A DNA stretch of 64,000 bases from positions 16,601,028 to 16,665,027 of the forward strand of contig CM082576.2 of assembly GCA_040954595.2 (NCBI GenBank), in the 5' to 3' direction. Of the stretch, positions 1-11,300 are shown in pieces; position 1 is the first letter of the stretch, and each line of letters opens with the position of its first letter. Under the pieces are notes generated by a model, which saw only the letters and a program-made list of their open reading frames with translations, did no database searches and was not told where the DNA came from. The translations under genes were made by a program, and so were the position numbers. Origin of the DNA: Balanoglossus misakiensis. Its lineage: Eukaryota; Animalia; Hemichordata.

Positions 1-136
1 TTATACATGTGTATTATATCAAATCAGTTATTTGATCGATTACAGTTTATGAGAAAACTTTCTAGTAATATGACATCACCGACTGTCTCTCCGTTCTGTT
101 CAGTAACATCTTGTGACCTGTCGCCACGAAGACATT

Positions 137-3100
137 TCATTTGCTCTGAAGCTCTTTCTTAAACTTCAGCTTCATCTCTTGGACACTTTCAGGATTGATG
201 TCGACAATGTGGATTTCTCGAAGACAGCCACCAGATGGCGAGCTCTGGTTGAATTCTTGAATCCCATCAAATGTTGCTTCTGCGCACATGTCTTTGGGCA
301 TGCCGTAGATCCCAGTGGTGAGTGCGGGTAGAGCTATGGATTTGGCATCTAGCTTGCTCTGCGCGTAAGTGAGACAATTCTTCACACTTTCTTGGACGTT
401 TTTCTTGGACAAGCTTTGTTTGGCATCGCTCCATTCAGATCCGACTGCGTGGATGATGAACTTACACGGAAGGTTGTAAGCTTTTGTGTGAACGACTTCA
501 GGCGCCTCGAGTGGTTTCGGTCGCCCCTGGAGAAGTTGTTGACACTCCTGCTCAAGGCCAGAACCAGCCGCTCTTGCCAGCGCCGCCGCTATGCCACCGC
601 CAAAATAGAGACTTGAGTTTGTTGAATTCACTACCACATCGACAGTTTGACGTGTCAGGTCATCTGTGTGAACTTCTATGGTCATCCCTTCCAGAGTGAA
701 AGTCGCCTTCTCATCCTCATCTTTCAAAAATTCCCTTCGAAATTCCATCTTCATCGCATTTGTTGTCACCAAATTGATGTCTACCAGATGAATTTCTTTT
801 AGACTGCTGGATGATGTGGCGGTCTTACTGTATTCTTTAATACCATCTAACATAGCAGCAGCGCAGACCTGGGACGGAACACCATAAATCCCAGTGTTGA
901 TAGCGGGTAACGCTATTGACTTTGCGTTGAGTGTCTTCTCAGCATACTCCAGACATCCTTTCACTGTCTTCTTCAGCTGCTCTCGACACTCATCTTTTTT
1001 TACTTTTATCCAAGGTGATCCAACAGCGTGGATGACGTGCTTACAGGGTAGTTTATAAGCAGCGGTGTGCATCAGTTCTGATGGTGACAGAGGCTTGCCC
1101 TGTCGTCCTGACATGAATTTGTCGCACTCTTTTTGGAGGTCATAACCGGCTGCTCTTACCAGCGCTCCTGCTAAACCCCCACCGTGGGCAAGACGATCAT
1201 TTGATGAGTTTACCACAACATCGGTACCTTCTTTGGTCATATCACCAGTATATATCGCTATGGCAATCCCTTCAGCGGTTGTCACTTTCAATTTGTCACC
1301 AGTGGCTCTCCTGGAATAATTTGGAGTGGCTAGCGCTCTTAGCAGTGTATTGAAAGCCAGAGATGGATTCTTGATCTGGTCATCGATATCACTGACATCT
1401 TTTTCTGTTTTCATTTGGTCATTGGTTACCTCCTGTTCATCCAGTGAAGTTTCATCAGTAACAGCCGATGCTGAAGGCTTTGCAACACCTTCAAGAGTTT
1501 CAGAAGAAACCTTAACGCTGTCATCTGAAACTTCAGACTTCAAGAGAGGAAGTGACTCCGCATCCTTTGCTGCTGCTTGTTCTTTTTCAGAATCGTCAGT
1601 TTTTCTTGAAGGCGAGACTTCATCTTCGCCTGTTTCTGTTTCTTGGATGAGCGCTTCGTTGACTGGCACTGCCTGATCAGCGTTTTCGATCGTTGCCAAG
1701 AATTCTTCGGATTCTGCATTGACTTCGACATCCCCTGTATTCTCTAATTCCGTTGCCATGGTTTCCTCACCATCACCACTCTTCATAGATCCAGACTCGG
1801 CTGATTGGCTGCTTGAGACTTCACATTCTGATCCGGGCTCCCTGATAGTTGGCTCCTCAATTGTATCCTCAATAATCAATTCTGACTCTGTCTCTATATC
1901 ACCTTCCACCAAATTCTTTCTATTTTCGACCAACTCTGTCAAGACCATCTCACCTTCCTCGCTGATGTTCTCTGTTGGAATGACTTCCGGATCAAGAACC
2001 TTCTCTGACACAGCGCCACTGCATTCGAAAGGCAACTCAGTATCTTCTGCCATTTTGGTTGATTCCTCCATTTTGCTCGAATTTGCAACTGTATCTTCCT
2101 TTTTTGTGTCTAGTAGTCTGCTGATTTCTGATTGGACCTTGGTTACTAATGGTGACGGTCCGCGCAACCGCAGACTTCCAGTCGACTCCGCATTAACCTG
2201 CACCTGTGGAAAATGAAATTGAAAGCTTAAACATTTTTCAATGATTTCAACTACTGCTGTTTTTAATGTCAAATCACAATCATCACCATGGCAACGATAA
2301 TCTCTGCAACCTTTGTCATGTTTTAAATGAAAGGATTAAGCCTCACCTGCAAAGCTTCTGCAAATGACATCACAAGAGAAATATCTACACCTGTGAGTTT
2401 TTCAATCGTGTCTCTCCCCAGAGTCTGCAATAAGGAAAGAAAATCGATTAATTTATCTTCAAGTAATTACACCTGTTTTGATTAAATATGATGACCTCTG
2501 TCACGGACAAATCTTGAATTCAATGAAAGTAAATAGTCTGTTTCCTATGTGCACCAGCTTCTATCCGACTTTATTTTGCACAATCTACTCTACGATGAAC
2601 TAAACAGTAGAGAAGTTACTTTATAAAGCATACCTTGTCATCAAACTCGTCTTTAATATAGTTTTCTATTTTTTGAATGATGGTAGCAATGTGTCTTTGT
2701 GATTCTGAATAGATGAAGAGCTTGTCTCTGGTTGACTGTGGAGAGTTTCTTGGTGAATCTTGTTCGATCTGACACTTGAAGTCAGTTTCCAACCCCTCAA
2801 GGAAGCGCTGACCACTTGGTTGTGAGAAGACATGCATCATTCCTGGCTGGCCGATGTTGTATTGATGACACTGCACGTTGGAAACCAGAACTTTGATGTC
2901 TTTCGCGGCATCCATGACGTCATCTGGTGTGCCTTTTATCTGTATGCCTGTGGTTGGGCCTGATAGTCTGTTGGTCATCGTGAAAGCCATGCTTCTCGGC
3001 TTCTCCTCGATTTGTCTCAGAGCTGCAGGATTCACTCTGAGCAGGTACTTCAAGACGCCCGGTTCGATCTCTACTTTCTCTTCTTCAATTGAATTCTGTT

Positions 3101-6100
3101 TGATGAATTCGCGGATCTTTTCCAATGCTTCATCCAAAGACGTTCTCATTCCTGTTGCCTTCAAAACTGCACCGTCGGCGCCTTCGTGTTCTATGGCGAC
3201 TTTCAAAAGAAACTGATCTTGCAGACTGGCTTGCAGACTCTCCCATTGATGTGTCTGAAATGCTGGCATGAGCTCTTCTATCAAATTTATGCTTTTCTCG
3301 CAACAGACTGCTTGAAGGATCTGTGATGCTTTCTGCAGTTCGTCATCGTTGGCCAGACACACGACCGTCTCGCCATCAATATGGTAAGCTGCATTAAGGT
3401 TTTGTGCTTGGAAAAGTTCAGAGACTTTGCCATATGCTTCTTTGGATCCCAGAATATCAACCACGCTTTGCTTCAGTGATGTGAGTCGGCGTACTCCAAT
3501 CTTGTCAAGCACCTCGTACATCATAATTTTGGTCTGTATGACGTCAGGCGGAGCGCCCTCAAACACTACTGTTTTCAATTCTTCAGACAAGTGAACTCTG
3601 ACATTCTGGAAGGCTTTCTTCACTTCTTGATCGAACTGCGCCAATTGAAGTTGTTTTATCTTGATGTCATCGACCTGGATTGTTTCTTGAACCCTCTTCT
3701 TATACGCCACCATCTCCTCGATGACGTCATTCACCTCAGCTTCAGTGTCTTTCACCGTTTTCTGATCTCCATGGATACGAACAGACGAAGAAGCAAGGTC
3801 CAATGTCAAACTAGCTGACTTGTCTTCAACCAACTTTTCCAATTTACTTTCAATTTCAGTTAGAAGATCTTCTGGAATAGAAACCACTGATTCTTTGATT
3901 TGATCAAGGAACTTGTCCAAGACTTGTTTGGCATTTTCAAACCAGTTCCTGGCAGCTTTGTCGTTTGTTTTCCCCGTCCACATCAGTTTCATCTCTCCTT
4001 CAGTCTTTTGATGCGGCCAATCGATTTTGACGTTCAACTGCGCCATTTGTTGCTCCAATGATTGACGTTGATTTTCATCAGTCATCACATATTTCATTTT
4101 TGAAGCAAAATCATTAACACAGATGGACTCTGTGACCGTGTGTTGTTGTGATTCTTCTTCCTCTATCACACCAAGGCATGGATAGTATGGGGTCACTTCT
4201 AATACATCTTTGCCGATCTTCTGGGGTCTCCCTACAACCGAATTAACAACTGGAAAACAAAAGTGTGTGAAATGTGTTAATTCATTGTGGATGAATGGAT
4301 ATTCCAGGAATTTTAGTTTTCACTGAATAATTTATTTAACACAGTTCGAAACTTCACTCTGTAACTTAGCAGCTGAAAATTAACTCGTACCTTCATACTC
4401 TTCAAAGAATACCAGTGCCGTGCCCTTACTGACATCCATCTTCACTTTCTCAACATCGCCCCCACCGCTTCTTCTCTCGTTTTCGAAGTGCAAGGCTAAG
4501 GTGTCTTCTGTCATCGTCTCTGGAATGTTTTTAACCATGATGCCATTTGTGCAATGAACGGGTTCAACTGTGACCTTTGACTTGTTCAGTGATCTTTGCC
4601 TCACTCTTTTTGTAATTCTCTCGAAATCTGCAAAATGTAGAATAACAGTTTTGGGATTCTTTTCCTCTAACTTGTCTGACAACGTCGAAGAATAGAGTTA
4701 CAGTCGAACCTGTCTATAGCGGCCAGTCAAGGGACCTTCATAAATTGGCCTTTATAGACTGGTAAATTAGTAGAGTTTACCTTTGATGTCTTCCTCATAT
4801 GTGACCAATATGACACCAGGTCCCCCAAACAATATCTCAGGATCTTCTTCGATACCAGTACGGTTTTCCAGGTACATGGTGATTGCATCCAATGAAGTCC
4901 CCTCCGCAATATCTTTCAGGATGAAGCGTCTCTTGTCTCTTGGTGTCTTCGGTTTGTTTCTGACACTGGGTGGCGCTTGGACTGTCAGAGTTTGGCCAGA
5001 GATCTCGTGATTGTGACGATTCAGTACCCTTTCTGCAACTGTAGTAAGGGCACAAAGGTTATAGGTTAACGACTATTATGTATATGTGTGTAACGTTTTC
5101 ACATTCATTTCCGTATGTAGAGGTCCAGATTTACCATAGGAAATCATAGAATTGGGCCAAACCATGTCGGTGAAAGTGTTAATGAAACCTCGTACATTAT
5201 GGGACTCAAATGGAATTCTTTGTTGACCGTCCGTGTGTTGGTAAAGTGTTGTTCAGAAAAACACACACGAATAAAACAAGTACCATGTAAAAGCAGTTTA
5301 TGACGAATTCCTATACCTATTGGATCTTCAAAAGTGATCAACAACACATTCCCATCTTCTTTCATTTCCATGGTAGCGATGTCTCCTCCTCCTGACTTCC
5401 TTTTATTTTCAAAATACAATTCCACGACATCGTTGGAGAAGTTGCCCCCTAAACCTCGAACTTCGATAGTACAGTTCCTACCGTCGTCTGTTATAGAATC
5501 GGAAGTCAGGGTTATGGTTTATTTATGAGTGTCTTGTACAAAATGGGCTAAGGGACCGTTCAGTTTTTACGGCCGGGGGGTCGGCAAAATCCAGGGGGGG
5601 GGGTCACTAAAATGTTGAAGTCCAAAAGGGGGGGGGTCATCTGTTTTTTAAACGTTTATGGGGGGGGGGGGGTCACATACTTTTGCCACCGAACTTTTGC
5701 TTTTGAGTCCACAAAATTGCAGTTTCGCGCCCTTTAGTTTACAAAATTTTCACCCACCCCTTCATTCTCCGCCACATTTCGGTTTTTGCTGGTTTGTCTA
5801 GTGTACCAGGGCAGAGTGCTTGCCACCTCAACCCCACTGATGATAATATTTAACAAAGTAAATACATAAAGGAGAATAAACGTTTAAACCATTTCGCATA
5901 ACTGATAGTTTCGTGCTGCATCTTCTATATACTAGAAGTTTTATAAATGATGTCATGACGAAGATGACGCCAAATCTTCGAACTTTGAGTGGAGTGGCAA
6001 AAAGTAAAATTGGTCCTCCCAAACATTGAGATAATTTGCTTTTGAGTTCATAAAAATACAACTTTGAGCTACATATTTTACAAAATTTTCTTATGTTGGA

Positions 6101-7102
6101 GGGAGACACCCCTCCCACGCCCACCCCCGCCACTTTTCTTTTTTTTACCAATTCTAGCAACTATTGCATTGACTTGTCATTTTATTTTATTCATAAATTT
6201 CTTTATTGCAACGATATACTATTATATACTTCAATTACTTTAAGAAATTTATAATTGAGGTGTGAGGAGCCTCATTCCCTTTATTATATACAGTGTACAT
6301 AGGATCAGGACGGCGAATGTTTTCGGCGTGGGGGTCATCATATTTTTGGGCCTGTCAAAGGGGAGGGGGGTCATCAATTTTAGGTCCTGGGTGAAGGGGG
6401 GGGGGGTCGGCCTGATTTTGAAAACCGATGACACAAACTTGCCGCCCCCCCCCCAAGTCGTAAAAACTGAACGGTCCCTAAAGGCGGTTACGTTTTTGAT
6501 CATCAGGGACGATAATACATTAAAATATTTTAATTCTTTAAAAAATTAAGATAACCTATAAGTGTCATCCATGTCGCATTTGCAGTTTTTATTTGTCACG
6601 GTTGTATAAACAACACAGTCTCAGGGTATCACAAACGAAACCATATAATCAAAGTATTTCAGTTCATTTTCACTTTTCTTTTGAGGTGTTTCTTGGTAAG
6701 CCCCAGCTTGTATCAGCACTCAGCATTCCAAATTCCGATTTGAATTTATTTTTCTCCATTGTCTTTTGGTGACGTCAACGGGTGAAGGTCACATCAACAT
6801 CGAGGAAGTTGTTATTGGATACGTAAACCATTGTCAGAGGTTGTGCTGTAAAAATAGTTTATTCTCTGGAAGGCGCAGTGTTCTCGCGCAGCTAAATTTC
6901 GACTACTCAATTATCGATCAAAGAGCATCACCGTGTTAATTGTCTGTACACCCATTGTATTCCATGATTAGACCGGCCATTTTGAGTCTAACATCACACA
7001 TCTATCTTTTTATAGGGCCTACAAGAAAATTGCTTAGGCTACGAGTATTTCCATATTTTAATTAAAAATTGAATTATTATTACCTTCACTGTTGTGAGCC
7101 AT
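137..7102 (-). CDS. PARP14-like protein A: 3 RRM, KH array, acidic linker, 2 macrodomains, no WWE/ART domain (~1481 aa)
   Basis: GT-AG exons 7102-7084, 5487-5317, 5038-4781, 4627-4391, 4249-2634, 2424-2347, 2203-137 join in one frame (4446 nt). RRM motifs ELYFENKRKSGGGDI and LHFENERRSGGGDV are typical of PARP14/PARP10. Macrodomain motifs GDMT..DVVVNSSN..HGGGLA/GIYG and DVVVNSTN..GGGIA/GIYG. Stop TGA at 139-137. The first coding exon (MAHNSE) is less certain; a probable 5'UTR exon ends at 7656. Confidence 0.85.
5552..6478. mobile_element. Non-autonomous PIF/Harbinger-type DNA transposon (MITE) in an intron of gene A
   Basis: TIRs GGGACCGTTCAGTTTTTACG / CGTAAAAACTGAACGGTCCC flanked by TAA on both sides (5549-5551, 6479-6481). 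A TWA target duplication with GGG ends is typical of PIF/Harbinger. G-rich subterminal repeats, no transposase. Confidence 0.85.
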
Positions 7103-7766
7103 TGGAGGTTTTTTTTTCAACGTGAGATAACGTCTCTAGCTTTACCAAATTGAAGCCTGAAATTCGAAGTTTAAAAGTTAGTGAAAAACCCAGGATTACA
7201 TGGGATGGGAGGGGGTGGTCAGCAATGCATGTGCGGTAAAAAACATTAAATTGTTGGCATCTTGTAGTTTATATGTTGCGAATAATTATCCTCTGGTATG
7301 CGCGCATGCGTGCGCTATATATTTGCAAAGGGCCATTTAATAATACCAAGAATTAATATCGAAAGGAAAAGTAAGGCTTCGTTTTGTTCACTCGAAGTTC
7401 TTCGCTGTGTCGTAGTCATTTCTGATTGAATACATACAAAATAATGATCGATAAAAAATCAAATTAAAGATATCAAAATTACCTAATCAAGCCAAGCACA
7501 GTTTTAGTGATATCCAGCAAAATGTCAAAGTGTATAGGTAGAATATATGATAGACAACTCCCCCTTACAGAAGATCCCGTAGAATAAAAAAATAGAAATT
7601 CTGTGGATGTTGGAAGCTCTTTAAAAACTCGATAAAATTGTTCTACATTTCTTACCTTCAGATGAAATCTCTGTGGCCTGTTGTGCGAAGGCTTTGGCCA
7701 GTCTGTTCAGTAGAGACCTACCTGGTTGACACTTTAACTCAGACAAAAATAGTTGAAGTGTCGGGA

Positions 7767-8174
7767 GGGACTTCCCATGCTGTAACACTATTGTTATCGA
7801 TCATGTGACACAGAATGAATGAGAGACCCTCTCCTCCAAACAATGACCTTTGTGTCCATGGGTAATTTGGTTGATTCTGGGACGAGATATGACGACAGGT
7901 CTGCACGACTGAAACGGACATGAAGTCCTTCACCTTTGTGATATATACGGAGGTTGCTTTTAATCTGATTTGGTCACAATTTTCATTTTCACTTTGGTAT
8001 CATGAGAATTTGACTCATTTCACAATGGCCATATGTGTAATCTGAGGCGATGGTGGAAAAAGACTACAAACTAGATTTACATGTTAACAGTTGGTATAAG
8101 TTTATTGTGCCAAATATCTCACAGCACAGTCTGCTGTCTGTCATATGTCGCGCTGATTGGGGGAACTTACCCCA
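7767..8174. promoter_or_regulatory. Candidate immune-responsive promoter of gene A (NF-kB, IRF/ISRE and AP-1 motifs)
   Basis: GGGACTTCCC at 7767-7776, AAAGTGAAAATGAAA (minus strand) at 7981-7995, TGACTCA at 8011-8017, and GGGGAACTTACCCC at 8160-8173 next to a CCAAT box. Motif matches only. Confidence 0.4.
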
Positions 8175-8224
8175 AAATATTGCCATCGCACATTAAATCA
8201 GGAAATTGGGAGAAATGTATTACA

Positions 8225-8375
8225 AAATAAGCAATTACTCTAGCAGATAAGAAATTACTCGTGTAAATAAGTAATTAACCATGCAAGAAGTACTTAGTAT
8301 TCGTGAAAGGAATCCATAATAATATTTTGGTAGTGGTTTCTCTCAACAGATAAGAATTTCCCTATTGGGTAAAAA
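8225..8375. repeat. Degenerate ~20-bp tandem repeat (AAATAAGnAATTACTC-like), probably a transposon subterminal array
   Basis: Repeated aaataagcaattactc / agataagaaattactc / aaataagtaattaacc units just downstream of the gene B stop codon. Confidence 0.5.
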
Positions 8376-8385
8376 TGTGTTGTTT

Positions 8386-11300
8386 TTAGCGAATCTCTCG
8401 TTGGAATACGGACTTCATAACCTCAGAGGTTTCCCTGTCAATGTCAACGAGATGAATTTCTTTCAAACGGCGTGAGATTGTCAAATCCTGACTGAATTCT
8501 TTGACGGCGCCCAATGTTGCCTCAGCACAGATATCTTTCGGTACTTTGAACACTCCACAGTTGATAGCAGGCATTGCAACAGAGTTAGCTTTCAGTGTAT
8601 TATTCGCGTACACGAGACACTTTTTCACCAGTTTCTTCAGTCGCCGCTGGTAGGAATGGTCCTTTCCCTGTTGCCATGGTAATCCAACAGCATGGATGAG
8701 GTACTTGCACGGAAGGTTATATGCTCCGGTGTGCAAGACTTCAGAAGATGACAGTGGAGACCCCCGCTTCGCCATGTATTGATCAGACTCCCTCTGCAAG
8801 CCGTCTCCGGCAGCCTTTGATAGTGCCCCTGCCAAACCTCTCCTGTGTTTGAATTCAGAGTTTGTGGAGTTCACCACAACATCAACAGTTTCTTTAATCA
8901 TGTCGCCGCAGTAGATCTTCACAACAATTCCTTCGTCTGTCACCATTCGGAATTCTGATATTCCATCTTCGTGACCAGCTTGCGTATTACCTGGCACCGG
9001 TTGTGACGTCATGGTATCTTCACCTTCAACTTGAGGAGTTATACTTTCGGACTGAGGTAAAATGCCAACTTCTGGAGCGTGACTAGCAAAAGACGACTCG
9101 ATTGTTTCCCTTATTTCAAAGGTTTCAATATTTCTGGCCAAAACTTCATCAACTTTCATTTGCACTTGAGCAACTAATGGCACAGTTCCTTGCAGCCGCA
9201 GACTTCCGGTAACCTCTTCACTGACAGATACCTATTGGAAAATAAGAATAATATATTAATGGCGATGATGATGATGGTGGTGTTGGTGGTGGTGGTGGTG
9301 GTGGTTATGTGCACGATATAAACAAATATTCAATTTTTTTATGTTTACCTGTAACGGTTCTGCAAATGACTTTATAGCAGAAACGTCCGAATCTGCGAGA
9401 TGTTTCAAATCTTCACTGTCAAGTGTCTGAAACCGAAGAAATAGACGGTCAATAAATGCCATGTGTGTATTGATGTGACAAGAGTGATTGTGTTTCCGCA
9501 AGGCAACATTTATCACCACTGGTAGATAAATGCAATACATGTACTCGAATTACAATACCTTGTCAACAAACTCCTTTTCGATAAACTGTCGTATTTTCTG
9601 GATCGAGGAGTCGATATCTTGATCCACATCGGAGTATACAGAGAGCGTTAATGTCTCGCGTGTCGTGGGGGACGGAAGCCATGAAGCCTCTCCTACATCG
9701 TCTTCGCTCCAGCGATCTTCTATCTTACATCTGAATTCATCTTCTACAATACTCAGGAATCTTCGTCCCTTTGGCTGTTTGAAGACCTGTTGTAATCCAG
9801 GCCGGTTGTCTTTGTGTGTGCGGCATTTGACACTTGTGCTGAGAACTGTCAGATCAGACATGGCGCTGTCAATATCGCTCGAGGAGCCCCGAATTTCTAT
9901 GCCGGTGTCTAAATCTGTAAGTTTCTGCGTCATTTGAAAAGATGGCGCTTTAGCCCGTTCCTTGATCTTCTTCAAAGCATCTGTCTTTGCGTGGAACAAG
10001 TACTGCAGGACGCCCGGTTCAGCTTCCAGTTTTGTTGTGCGAATCGTGTTCTCTTTTATGAAACACTCGATTTGGTCAGCTGCGTTCCCCGTTGAAGGTT
10101 GGAAGCCTGTGATGACAACGGTGTCATTGGAATTTCCTCGGTGCCAGGCCAACACCACAGACAATTCTTCTTGCAGTTTGCTTTGCAGGCTTCTCCATTT
10201 GTCGATCATGGATCCATATGGGAAGTCTGGATCCACTTCCAACTTCTTTTCTTCAACCTTTGTTTGTAGAATTCCTGTGGCTTTATCCAGGTCCTCTTTA
10301 GTCGGTGAGCAACAGAAGACCTCTCCGTCTTCAACGTGATAAATGGCTTGGATGTTTGCATCTTTGAAGAAGTCATAGATGGTGTTGACAGCCATTCTTG
10401 ATTGCAAGAAGCCAACAACGCTTGGTGTTAAGGATTTCAAGTTTGTAATACACATCTGGCCGAGGAGCTCATACATCATAAGCCTTACTTGGAGGATCTC
10501 ACCAGGAATTCCCTTGAAAGTAACCATGTTATCTTTGGGCACTAGAGCCACTTTGATCTTGGGATACTTGGTCACTGCATGTAGCGTGAATTTTAGCATC
10601 AGCAGCTGCTTGATCTTAATAGCATCTAGTTTTGTCGTCTGGGTTTCCATTTCTTTCATTTCCTCCTCGTTTGCTACCATCTCATCAATGATGGACCTGA
10701 TCTCAGCTTCCAGATCGTGAGTGCACGTGGCTTCTCCAAGAATGCACACAGTTGATGACCCCCTGTCAAATTCTACACGGACCTTGTTCTTCTGAATGAG
10801 ACCCATTACACTATTCTCAACGGATTGAAAGACGTCCCTTGGAATGCCAATCACAACTTCTGAGAACCTGCTCAAGAATTTCGAAAGCGCCATTTCTGCA
10901 AGCGTCTGCCAATCGCTGTCCTCTTTTCTTGTTGTTTTATCACAGGACGCCGTTTGCTTAATTTTGACCAAACTGTCATCTTTCTGGTAGGGCCATTCTA
11001 TTGTGGAAAACGATAAACCCATCTCCTTCTCAAGCTCTTCTTTGAACTCTTTCTTCGACATGATAAATGTCATTTTTGCTGGATCGACGTTGACACAAAC
11101 AAACGATGGCTTACTTTCTACCTTGGTATTTTGAACTTGAACAGTCTTCCTTGAACTAAAATTCTTATAATACGGCTCCACTTCCAAAGTCACTTCGCTG
11201 ATCGCGTGATTTCGTCCTAAAACTTGAGTAATAACTGCAATAAGTGAAACAAAAACATATCTCTTTTTATCGAGATAACATTCAAAAATGATAGATATAC

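Noticed and set aside
9256-9348. Poly-His tail in ORF 9256..9540
   Set aside because: It lies in an intron after the CAG|GTAAAC donor at 9348; it is a (CAC/CAT)n microsatellite.
113-11000. Numerous plus-strand ORFs overlapping the PARP14-like exons, and similar shadows over the GPCRs and transposase
   Set aside because: Antisense shadows of real coding sequence with no independent motifs.
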